DNA of 64,000 nt from Coleofasciculus chthonoplastes F2-STO-03 (GTDB lineage Bacteria; Cyanobacteriota; Cyanobacteriia; Cyanobacteriales; Coleofasciculaceae). Shown here one piece after another: positions 22,692-31,868 of the stretch. Every line of letters starts with the position of its first letter. Positions within the stretch are counted from its first letter, which is position 1. The translations under genes were made by a program, and so were the position numbers. Under the pieces are notes generated by a model that had not been told where the DNA came from, ran no database searches, and saw only the letters and a program-made list of their open reading frames with translations. The stretch is taken from contig JAVJWO010000211.1 of assembly GCA_040222015.1 (NCBI GenBank), forward strand, positions 1-64,000, read 5' to 3'.

Positions 22692-22746
22692 ATGTTCCAA
22701 TTAGTCACATTTTTACGATAACACGATTTGTGACTAATTGGAACAT
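22692..22746. promoter_or_regulatory. Perfect 18-bp inverted repeat (ATGTTCCAATTAGTCACA-N19-TGTGACTAATTGGAACAT), probable operator
   Basis: Exact inverted repeat in the divergent intergenic region. Confidence 0.7.
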
Positions 22747-22781
22747 TTACAGGATCATCACTCTCTGACACAATCAAAAGC

Positions 22782-23015
22782 ATGGGAAGAGCAGGTAAAG
22801 CCCTCAAACAGACACTATCAATCTTTGGCATCAGCCAAAATCAGTTAGCGGCGGCGATGGGAGTCGGACACGCTAACGTTAGCCGTTGGGTTAATGAAGT
22901 CAGAGATCCTGGTGGTGAAACCATCCTAGAAATTCGCACAGCACTAGGACAAATTAATCCCGATGCGGCTGAAGAATTTATCCAGCTATATCTGACGATG
23001 CCGAAAAACGAGTGA
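22782..23015 (+). CDS. XRE-family HTH regulator
   Basis: SQNQLAAAMGV..NVSRW..P HTH_3 pattern. Confidence 0.85.
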   Translation: MGRAGKALKQTLSIFGISQNQLAAAMGVGHANVSRWVNEVRDPGGETILEIRTALGQINPDAAEEFIQLYLTMPKNE

Positions 23016-23244
23016 ATGCTTATAACTCCAGTTGAAAGAGGGTGAAGTTTTGGGACAGAAAAATCAGCGCGATCGCGCGAACTTATCACCCCAATATTTA
23101 CGCCAACTTGGACGCCAGCAAATAAATTTATCATCTTCAAGCTAAAGTAAGGATCGAACTTACTGGATAAATCTGTGAACCCGTTTTAACGGGTTTAAGC
23201 TTTGAGCCAGAACTTTAGTTCTAGGCTTATATCTCTCTCCCACT

Positions 23245-24525
23245 ATGAAACTATTTCCCCTTCCCCGAAATCACCGCCTAATTATCACCACCCTAATTAG
23301 CCTTTGCCTAATCCTATTTAGCTGGCTCAACTCCCCCCTCCATTCCACACCAACCAATCCCCAAACCGAACTCTTTAACCAAGTCTGGCAAACCGTCAAC
23401 GATAACTTTTATGATCCCAACTTTAACGGCATTAACTGGCAAACCATCAAAGACGAATATGAACCCCAAATCCGCCAAACCCAATCCAGGGAAACCGCCG
23501 CAACCCTAATCAATCAAATGCTGTCCCAACTCAACACCTCTCACACCCACCTCTACATCCCCAACCAACCCGCCTACTACCAAGTCTTAGGAATCTTTGC
23601 CCCCAGAAACCGCGACTTACGCCAACAACTCAAACCCTTCTTTCCCAATGGCAAAATAGAATATACTGGCATTGGTATCGTCACCAAAACTATCGACAAC
23701 CAAACCTTTATCAGCGCCATTCTCGAAGGAAGTCCAGCCGCTGAAGCCGGATTAAAAGTAGGCGATCGCATCCTGAGTGTAGATAATCGCCCCTTCCAAC
23801 CCATTGAATCCTTTGCCGATCAAGCTGGTACACCTGTCAAAATGGTAATTCAGCGATCGCCAAATCCCAATAGTCAGCAAGAAATCACCGTCACCCCTAA
23901 ATTGCTGGATACAACCACCATGTATCTCGACGCCATGGACGCCAGCACTGAGATAATTGAACAACAAAGTAAAAAAATCGGTTATATTCATATCTGGTCC
24001 TATGCCAGTGATGACTATCAAGAACAGCTTGAAGAAGAACTCATCTATGGTCGTCTCAAACAAGCAGACACTCTAGTCGTAGACTTAAGAGATGGATGGG
24101 GAGGTTCACCACTTACCGCCCTGAACATCTACACCGCTCCAAACTTAAGCTTAACCACGATTTTCCGGGATGGTACAAAATATACTCACTATGCAGGCTG
24201 GAATAAACCTGTCGTCATGATTGTAAACGACGGAAGCCGCAGTGCAAAAGAAATTCTGGCTTATGGTTTCCAGCAATTCGATATTGGACCCGTTGTCGGT
24301 ACGCCAACCCCTGGCGCTGTAGTGGCGGGGCGTCCATTTCTCATGTCAGATGGTAGCTTGCTTTACGTCGCCGTCGCTGATGTTTACGTGAATGGAGACG
24401 AACGACTAGAAGGGAAAGGAGTAACACCCAATATCCTGGTTCCCTTCTCCCCAGAATATGCCCAAGGCGCTGATCCGCAAAAAGAACGGGCGCTAGAGGT
24501 GGCGTTGGCAGCCGTTCAAGAGTGA
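23245..24525 (+). CDS. S41 family peptidase with PDZ domain
   Basis: GSPAAEAGLKVGD PDZ, DLRDGWGG, SRSAKE, EGKGVTP. Confidence 0.9.
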   Translation: MKLFPLPRNHRLIITTLISLCLILFSWLNSPLHSTPTNPQTELFNQVWQTVNDNFYDPNFNGINWQTIKDEYEPQIRQTQSRETAATLINQMLSQLNTSHTHLYIPNQPAYYQVLGIFAPRNRDLRQQLKPFFPNGKIEYTGIGIVTKTIDNQTFISAILEGSPAAEAGLKVGDRILSVDNRPFQPIESFADQAGTPVKMVIQRSPNPNSQQEITVTPKLLDTTTMYLDAMDASTEIIEQQSKKIGYIHIWSYASDDYQEQLEEELIYGRLKQADTLVVDLRDGWGGSPLTALNIYTAPNLSLTTIFRDGTKYTHYAGWNKPVVMIVNDGSRSAKEILAYGFQQFDIGPVVGTPTPGAVVAGRPFLMSDGSLLYVAVADVYVNGDERLEGKGVTPNILVPFSPEYAQGADPQKERALEVALAAVQE

Positions 24526-24653
24526 AATTATGTTATTTTTATACACATTTTATACCGACTGACATCTATCTTTGGGTATACTTGGCGAAACAGTAACGTT
24601 CTGGTGGAGACTCCAGACCCGTAAATCCTAGGCAGAAAACGCAAAAGCCCAGC

Positions 24654-25007
24654 ATGAACTCTTTGGAATTCGACCGAGAAACTGACCGGATGGCGAGAGC
24701 AATCATGACTCGCAACAGCCAAATTGGGTCAGCCCTGATTGCCGATTTAACGACCAAACTGACTCTTGAATATATTGCGGCGGTGTTGGTTGTCAGTATT
24801 GAACGTGTGATGTGGTTTGAGCCAGACTCCGTTATTTGGGCGGTTGAGAATCTTATTCCTGCTGATATAATGCAGGAAATTCACAGAATTACTTCATTTA
24901 CCCTCTATAAACAGTTGGTGCAGAAAGGATACGTGCCAGGAAAAGACTTGAGTGTTGATGTTAGCGGTACTGTGCTGCTAAATAATTCGCTCAAAAAAGC
25001 GGCTTAA
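24654..25007 (+). CDS. Hypothetical protein
   Basis: 117-aa ORF ending in a GYVPGKDLSVD motif. Confidence 0.65.
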   Translation: MNSLEFDRETDRMARAIMTRNSQIGSALIADLTTKLTLEYIAAVLVVSIERVMWFEPDSVIWAVENLIPADIMQEIHRITSFTLYKQLVQKGYVPGKDLSVDVSGTVLLNNSLKKAA

Positions 25008-25068
25008 AGAGGTGGGGTGGGTAATACCCACCCAACAATCTAGGAAATAGATTATGCCATAAGCAAGT

Positions 25069-25737
25069 TTATTTCCTTGAAGTTTTCCCCTGACCTTCGA
25101 TAACTGTAAATAAGAACCCTGAAATTCCTTTGATCAGATTTACCCAACTTCCTGAACTTGATAAATATAGGTTTGCATCAAGTTTTTCTCTGTATTTAAT
25201 TTGATCAAAATATTCAACTCCCCATCCTTTTCCTCTTCCTCTAGCATCTTTAGTTTTTAAAGGTTGTGAAGAATAAATGTTGACTATAATTTTTTCTTTA
25301 TAAAGTTTCAATGGGTTGAGAAAATCTATTTTTATTTCTATTCCATCTTTTAAAAAAGAAGAAGCATTTTTTAATTGTTTATCACATTGATCAGCCACCC
25401 AATAATAAATAACATTATTACTTAAATTTGTATCTTCGATATATATCTGTAAATTAATATTATCAATTGTGACATCCCCTCTATTAAAAACATGAAAGGT
25501 AGTTTGATATAAAGAATTGATAGATTTACCTCTATATTCTACCTTTATATCCTTTTCAATTTGCCGATCTATTTCTAAAAGTGATGATTCAGTAACTTTA
25601 TTAACTCCTATTATTTGAGGCTTTTTGCGAGATAAATAATTAACAATTGCCCATCCTGCTATACCAATAAATATTCCAGCAAAAAAAACTACATAGTTAG
25701 AAAATGCCTCATTAAGAAATAGTTGATACAATTTCAT
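25069..25737 (-). CDS. AT-rich membrane-anchored hypothetical protein
   Basis: N-terminal TM helix; clearly lower GC than its neighbours. Confidence 0.7.
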   Translation of the reverse strand: MKLYQLFLNEAFSNYVVFFAGIFIGIAGWAIVNYLSRKKPQIIGVNKVTESSLLEIDRQIEKDIKVEYRGKSINSLYQTTFHVFNRGDVTIDNINLQIYIEDTNLSNNVIYYWVADQCDKQLKNASSFLKDGIEIKIDFLNPLKLYKEKIIVNIYSSQPLKTKDARGRGKGWGVEYFDQIKYREKLDANLYLSSSGSWVNLIKGISGFLFTVIEGQGKTSRK

Positions 25738-25812
25738 ATATTCAAATTTTATGAGTTTTGGGGTGGGTAATACCCACCCTACTATCTTAATCCAGATGAG
25801 AGGTTGCCTATC

Positions 25813-26415
25813 CTATACTGTGGCTGTATCCCACTTCAGATAAGGTAACTTCGCCGCTGTCTCCCGAACCTGGTCAACTTGCTTCACCAATTGTCCGCAA
25901 CTATCCCAAGTTCCTGCAATCAGGGTTTGCCGAACCCCTTCAGGCATTGACACAGAGGCTTGGAAGTCACCACTGCGAACGTCCATAGCTTCTAAATCTA
26001 CCGTTATCGGTGCTTGCGGATTCTCTTCCAGGATTCTCTGTAACTGCTTCACCGTTTCCGGTTCAGCCGTAACACAGGGAACCCCCATTGCCAAACAGTT
26101 GCCAAAGAAGATTTCCGCAAAACTTTCACCGACAATGGCTTGTATGCCCCATTTTTTTAGTGCTTGGGGCGCATGTTCCCGCGAAGAACCACAGCCGAAG
26201 TTGCCGTTAACCACTAAAATATCTGCCCCTTGATACTGGGGGCGGTCAAACGGATGTTGCCCTTTCGCCTGGGCGCGGTCATCGGCAAAGGCTTTGTCTC
26301 CTAATCCCTCAAAAGTAACACAGCGCAAATAGCGAGCGGGGATAATTCTGTCGGTATCAATATCATTACCCACAACGGGAACGCCTCGTCCTGACACGGT
26401 TTTAACTTGACTCAT
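25813..26415 (-). CDS. leuD: 3-isopropylmalate dehydratase small subunit
   Basis: [29 protein letters not shown]. Confidence 0.97.
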   Translation of the reverse strand: MSQVKTVSGRGVPVVGNDIDTDRIIPARYLRCVTFEGLGDKAFADDRAQAKGQHPFDRPQYQGADILVVNGNFGCGSSREHAPQALKKWGIQAIVGESFAEIFFGNCLAMGVPCVTAEPETVKQLQRILEENPQAPITVDLEAMDVRSGDFQASVSMPEGVRQTLIAGTWDSCGQLVKQVDQVRETAAKLPYLKWDTATV

Positions 26416-26502
26416 GGATTTACTCCTTTTTTTCTATAAAAAATATATCTCCATTTTGGGTATTGAGGGTTTGCTGAATAAGGGTTGGGGTGAAAATTCA
26501 GA

Positions 26503-26780
26503 TTACTCATCGAGGAGTCGTCGCAACTCATCACAGGCATGATGTAAGGAAGACAGGGCATTACTATCAAGTCCTTGAGGACAGATTTCCCTTGATAATT
26601 TTGTTGCCGAGGATTTAGCTAAATCGATTCTACAATGAAATATCGTAGTTTCTGTAACGCTGTGAAGACTGTGGTTTTACCAGAACCGTTACCTCCAAGA
26701 AATAGACTAATATTATCTTCAAAGTTTATTTCAAAATTAACCAGACATCTAAAGTTATCTATATAAATTCTTTTTAACAT
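26503..26780 (-). pseudogene. Collapsed ABC/AAA ATPase plus partner-gene remnant
   Basis: AGGAGG RBS, MLKRIYIDNFRCL..GGNGSGKTT, stop at 26619, then a C-terminal-like remnant (..SLHHACDELRRLLDE*). Confidence 0.75.
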
Positions 26781-26906
26781 AAATTCCCTCCTTAAAGTTT
26801 GGGCAAAAAAAGCTTGGACATGAATATATACTTGACAGCAGAAGTAGATTGAGTTAAGGCATTTTAACCCAACCTATCTGATACTATCAGCTACTGCCGT
26901 TCATCC

Positions 26907-27284
26907 CTAATTTTCATAGAGAAGGCGATTAAGAATTTCTTGTCCTGCGGGATTGAATACCTGGAGACGAATAATTCTGGGATCATTGGGTCGCCATGCG
27001 ACTTGATACTGATAATCCCCGTTTTGCCAGATATAAAGGCGGCGTTGAGGATTTCCCCGTACTTTCGCACCTCGGAGAACCAGGTTATCACCAGTTCGTT
27101 GATTAGTACCGTAGTACGTCAGGGCGTTGTTGCTATAGTTAATGGTGACCGACCATTCACCCCCTTGGAATGTCCCCAGAGGAACCCTAGCTTGGGCGAC
27201 GACAGGTGTTTTAATGATAAAGTCGGTAATTGTAGGCGCAGATAGACCGAGAATGGTAGCAAGCGCGATCGCTCTTATATTCAT
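26907..27284 (-). CDS. Secreted hypothetical protein
   Basis: Signal peptide, GGAGGG RBS. Confidence 0.75.
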   Translation of the reverse strand: MNIRAIALATILGLSAPTITDFIIKTPVVAQARVPLGTFQGGEWSVTINYSNNALTYYGTNQRTGDNLVLRGAKVRGNPQRRLYIWQNGDYQYQVAWRPNDPRIIRLQVFNPAGQEILNRLLYEN

Positions 27285-27490
27285 AACTTTCCCTCCGTTG
27301 CTGTAACATCAGCCTGGAACGCAATTTCCGGCTAAAACGGTTCACTATACTTTAATTTCAACCCGTTTTAACTGAGATCTGGCAAAATTGATAATACACC
27401 CCAAATGACTCGCTCGGTGGGCAAAAGCAACTAACTCTAATATAAGCGTTTCCCGCGTTATAATACTTGCCCATGATCGCGGCGTGACCC

Positions 27491-27599
27491 AGCTAAAATT
27501 GTGGAATAGATTTTACCATTGAATCGGGCGCACGCCATGCGCCCCTACGGTTTCCGGGCTAATGGTTAATTCATCAATTAAGGTATGCCACGCCACTAC
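27491..27599 (+). repeat. ~110-bp dispersed repeat, second direct copy at 29842-29949 (flanking leuC)
   Basis: AGCTAAAATTGTGG..CCATTGAA..GCGCCCCTACGGTTTC..GCCACGCCACTAC shared. Confidence 0.8.
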
Positions 27600-27708
27600 A
27601 TAAAATTGGCTCAAGCTTACTCCATTAAAGGCTTTCAACCCGTTTTAACGGGTTTTAGCTTTCAGCCAGAACTTGAGTTCTTGGCTGACTGGCTGGCTGA
27701 CTGGCTAC

Positions 27709-29112
27709 TCACAATAACTGTCTAACATCAGAAACCTTCCCGTTAACCGCCGCCGCTACCACCATCACTGGACTCATCAACAATGTGCGTCCCGTGGCTG
27801 AACCCTGACGCCCTTTAAAATTACGGTTTGAGGAGGATGCACTAATTTGATCCCCTTGTAACTTATCCGGATTCATCGCCAAACACATAGAACATCCCGG
27901 TTCGCGCCACTCAAACCCCGCTTCGACAAAGATTTTATCCAATCCTTCGGCTTCGGCGTCTTTTTTGACTCGTTCTGAACCCGGAACAACAAACGCCTTC
28001 ACCCCTTGTGCGACTCGCTTTCCTTTGGCAAATTGGGCGGCTTCTCGTAAATCTGTCAATCGTCCATTGGTGCAACTTCCAATAAAACAGACATCTACTT
28101 TTGTCCCTTGAATTGGCGCACCAGGGATAAGCTGCATATACCGATAGGCTTCTTGGGCGATCGCACGTTCCGATTCGGGTAAGCTATCGGGTATGGGAAT
28201 CGCTTCATTTACGGCAATTCCCTGTCCCGGTGTAATTCCCCAGGTTACTGTTGGTGCAATCTCCGCCGCATCAAAGGTGACGATATCATCATAAACGGCA
28301 TCGTCATCGGAACGCATACTGTTCCACCATTCCACCGCTTTATCCCAGTCTTCCCCTTTCGGCGCAAAATCTCGCCCTTTGAGATACTCATACGTGACCG
28401 GATCAGGATTAATATAACCACATCGGGCACCGCCTTCAATGGACATATTGCACACCGTCATGCGTTCTTCCATCGTCATCTGCTCAAAGGTTGTGCCAGC
28501 ATATTCATAAGCGTAGCCAACGCCACCTTTGACGCCTAACGTGCGGATAATGTGCAGAATCACATCCTTGGCGTAAACACCGGGAGGAAGTTTGCCGTTA
28601 ACTTCAATTTTGCGAACCTTAAGTTTAGACAGGGCGAGGGTTTGCGAGGCGAGGACATCCCGAACTTGAGACGTACCAATTCCAAACGCGATCGCACCAA
28701 AGGCGCCATGAGTTGAAGTATGAGAATCCCCACAAGCGATCGTCATTCCGGGTTGAGTTAATCCCTGTTCTGGAGCAATCACATGAACAATTCCCTGATT
28801 CCCCGATCCTATATTATAGAAGCGAATCCCATAATCCTTACAGCTTTTCTCCAACACCTGCATCATCTCTTCGGCTAACACATCCGCAAAAGGACGCGCC
28901 TGATTTTCGGTGGGAACGATATGATCCACAGTCGCCACCGTGCGATCGGGATACAGCACCTTTAATTCCCTTTCCCGCAGCATCCCAAAGGCTTGGGGAC
29001 TGGTGACTTCATGGATTAAGTGTAAACCAATAAAGAGTTGAGTTTGACCCGAAGGTAAAGTACCGACGGTGTGGGAGTCCCAAACTTTATCGAATAGTGT
29101 TTTCTCGCTCAT
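27709..29112 (-). CDS. leuC: 3-isopropylmalate dehydratase large subunit
   Basis: [28 protein letters not shown]. Confidence 0.97.
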   Translation of the reverse strand: MSEKTLFDKVWDSHTVGTLPSGQTQLFIGLHLIHEVTSPQAFGMLRERELKVLYPDRTVATVDHIVPTENQARPFADVLAEEMMQVLEKSCKDYGIRFYNIGSGNQGIVHVIAPEQGLTQPGMTIACGDSHTSTHGAFGAIAFGIGTSQVRDVLASQTLALSKLKVRKIEVNGKLPPGVYAKDVILHIIRTLGVKGGVGYAYEYAGTTFEQMTMEERMTVCNMSIEGGARCGYINPDPVTYEYLKGRDFAPKGEDWDKAVEWWNSMRSDDDAVYDDIVTFDAAEIAPTVTWGITPGQGIAVNEAIPIPDSLPESERAIAQEAYRYMQLIPGAPIQGTKVDVCFIGSCTNGRLTDLREAAQFAKGKRVAQGVKAFVVPGSERVKKDAEAEGLDKIFVEAGFEWREPGCSMCLAMNPDKLQGDQISASSSNRNFKGRQGSATGRTLLMSPVMVVAAAVNGKVSDVRQLL

Positions 29113-29389
29113 CTGCAAAAGGTCGTTATAGGATTTAAGGATAATCACCAGTCAGCTATAGGATAGATGCTGGAGCTTTCTATTTTATCTAATTGTGGGG
29201 GGAGAGGGGGAGCAATAAGACCCACGCCATAATTTTTAATTGGGCGTTGGGATACACTGGACTCCCCCAACATCAATGTGGTAAATTGACATCATCCTTC
29301 GATACATCTGCTCACAAAGCTAGTTGAAATTGCTGCACCGTGAGTTGATTCTCGAATTCGATAATCAACAACCAAGGCAAATCAAACTA

Positions 29390-29571
29390 ACCAGTACCGC
29401 CGGGCTAGCGGGAATGGAAACTGCCTGTGCAGACGGTCTACCGGGGACTGAAATGTACTCGTTTCAGTCTAGGTAAGTGTCGAAATACCGCAAGGGAAAA
29501 ACTAGGAAATCCAAGTTGTGAAGCTTGGAAGCCCACACCAGAATCTTGGATTTGGTGTGGGAGGATGTCAC
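29390..29571 (+). mobile_element. IS200/IS605-family right-end remnant (omegaRNA-like)
   Basis: TACCGCCGGGCTAGCGGGAA..GAAGCCCAC-hairpin-GGAGGATGTCAC. Confidence 0.65.
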
Positions 29572-29966
29572 CGCGACTGTAGCATGAATCTGACCATTAA
29601 AAGAGCGATCGCATGGTTCCTGGAGGATGTGCGATCGCTCTTAGGTCGAATAGCACTGAAATAAGCATTTTGGGAACACCAAAACCCTTGAGCTACCGTA
29701 GGGTGGGCATTGCCCACCAGCATACCAGTCAGTGCCATTCCTCTTAGGTCAGTCTACGCCCCATCAACGACAGCGTAACGCACCAGTGAGGGTTAAGATA
29801 GTGAATTGTGGCTTTGCCGAACAAATTCTACTGACTGACACAGCTAAAATTGTGGGATAAATGTGACCATTGAACGGGCACAACCTGCGCCCCTACGGTT
29901 TCTGGATATAATTGTAATTCATCAAATAAGGTGTGCCACGCCACTACTAACTGACTAAGGTTTGCA

Positions 29967-30383
29967 ATGCCTGCAAAAGATGCCTTTCATCAGCTCGTTA
30001 GAACTGCCCTTGAGCATGAGGGCTGGACAATCACTCATGACCCCTATCGCATCGATTTAGGATTTGTGAATTTCTATATAGATTTAGGTGCAGAGCGGTT
30101 AATTGCGGCAACCAAAGATGGCGAAAAAATTGCTGTTGAAATTAAAACGTTCCTGGCAACTTCGACAATCTCAGAATTCCACATCGCCATTGGACAATTT
30201 ATTAACTATCGTATTGCTTTGGAGGAAGAAGAGGCTGATAGACGATTATATTTAGCCGTTCCATTAGAGATTTACAAACGGCTTTTCAAGTATCCATTCA
30301 TTCAAACTGTGATTCACCGCAACCAAATCCCTTTAATTATTTATGATATCGACAAGGAGGCGATCGCTCAATGGATAAATTAG
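29967..30383 (+). CDS. xisH: XisH family protein
   Basis: MPAKDAFH..GWTITHDP..IDLGAE..IAVEIK. Confidence 0.92.
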   Translation: MPAKDAFHQLVRTALEHEGWTITHDPYRIDLGFVNFYIDLGAERLIAATKDGEKIAVEIKTFLATSTISEFHIAIGQFINYRIALEEEEADRRLYLAVPLEIYKRLFKYPFIQTVIHRNQIPLIIYDIDKEAIAQWIN

Positions 30384-30709
30384 ATTGGTATCGTCAACTA
30401 ATTCAGGATTTGCTGAGGGCAAGGGCGCAGTTGCGTTCTCCCAATGATCCGATCAAAAGTCAAACTGTTTTCGATCGAGAATGCGATCACTATCAGCTTG
30501 TCAATTTAGGCTGGAAAAATAACAACACTCGAATCTACGGCTGTGCTATCCATGTTGATATCATTGATGGCAAAATTTGGGTGCAACATGATGGCACAGA
30601 AGACGCGATCGCCGATCAGTTAGTTGAAAAAGGAGTGCCGAAGCAAGAGATTGTTTTGGCTTATCATGCACCTAATGTACGAAAATATACAGATTTTGCC
30701 CCAGGTTAA
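30371..30709 (+). CDS. xisI: XisI family protein
   Basis: MDKLD..HVDIIDGKIWVQHDGTE. Confidence 0.92.
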   Translation: MDKLDWYRQLIQDLLRARAQLRSPNDPIKSQTVFDRECDHYQLVNLGWKNNNTRIYGCAIHVDIIDGKIWVQHDGTEDAIADQLVEKGVPKQEIVLAYHAPNVRKYTDFAPG

Positions 30710-30750
30710 CTAATAAAGTGTAATCGCTGGTGAGATTTCCCTTGTCTCAA

Positions 30751-31113
30751 TTATCCGCGATCGCTATAGTGGTATCGAGCTTGGAGAAAATCAATGCGGT
30801 CATCACTAACCATATAAACGATGCGATCAGCTTGAGTTAAACGGCGCGACTAGATATTAGCATCCTGATACTTCAATCGTTCAGGTTTTCCTGTTCCTAT
30901 AAAGGGATGACGGTTTATCTGTTCCACTAAAGATAAAAGCCGGAGTGCAATTTTTCTATTTGTCTGTACCCAGTAAGCCAGATCTTCCAGAAATTGGGAG
31001 TCGAACACAAGATCACGTTCTAATCTCTCTTCTTGAGTGGGTTCAGATTGGGGAGGTTCAGACTCTGGATACTCCGGTTGAGACGTTTTACGCTTCTTCT
31101 TCGCCAAGTCCAA
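30751..31113 (-). pseudogene. Txe/YoeB toxin with premature TAG (W codon) at 30850-30852
   Basis: GTGKPERLK..I*SRRLTQADRIVY..QARYHY continues in frame after the stop. Confidence 0.85.
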
Positions 31114-31115
31114 AC

Positions 31116-31379
31116 TCAGTCAAGTAAATCGTCTATACTTCGAGGTGGAAAAGTCCGCGCTTTGGCACGTTGTATCGCCGCAAGCAGACGCGCTGCATTC
31201 TCTGGTGACTGAAATAAATAAGCTGTTTCTATGATACGGTTCAGTTCGTTGATAGGAATAATCGCGACACTCTCAGAACCATCACGAGTGACAATGACGG
31301 CTTCGCGGCTGGCAATAGCATCTTCGTAAATTTTGTCAAAATTACTACACGCTTGGGTGTAGGTTATCTGGCTTTGCAT
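31116..31379 (-). CDS. Phd/YefM antitoxin
   Basis: TYTQA..VIVTR..ETAYLFQSPENAARL. Confidence 0.88.
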   Translation of the reverse strand: MQSQITYTQACSNFDKIYEDAIASREAVIVTRDGSESVAIIPINELNRIIETAYLFQSPENAARLLAAIQRAKARTFPPRSIDDLLD

Positions 31380-31511
31380 TGTCTTATAGTTGGTTTATTG
31401 GTTTAATAGTACAGTTAAACTGTCTGTGATGTGATCCTAGCGTGACTTGTGTAACCCAACCACAGGATGAACAAAAGATTTCCAATGTTTTAGACGGCGA
31501 TGATTTCGATT

Positions 31512-31645
31512 GCTTGAGTCCGTGTTTCTCCATTTCCGCCAGCACCTTGCACCCTTCATCGGGGGTACGGCAGAAGGAAACCATGGGGATCACATTAGTT
31601 AAACCCATTTCATCCCGAACTCGCTTGATGGCTTGACATTCTAAG
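31512..31645 (-). pseudogene. Diverged internal fragment of ppsA
   Basis: 31520-31645 aligns ungapped with 32263-32388. Confidence 0.9.
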
Positions 31646-31868
31646 ATAATTTATGTTAGGTAATCTATACTAAGTAATAATTTGTCGAGTATAGCATACA
31701 AATACAAAAAACAATTAAATATCCTGCCAAGCTTTAAAAACAATTAATTTACTCAAGGAGATATACAACTAATGAAATTAAAGAACGATCGCACCTCCCA
31801 CCGGAAATGCGATCGCTCTTTCTCAAGTCTACGCCCCATCAGGGACGCAGACGCTAAACACTCAAGAC

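Noticed and set aside
29967..30709. xisHI as evidence of a heterocyst excision element
   Set aside because: No recombinase or interrupted nif/fdxN gene; xisHI pairs are commonly dispersed
31384..31608. 74-aa ORF as a real protein
   Set aside because: Chimeric read-through of the ppsA fragment into unrelated DNA
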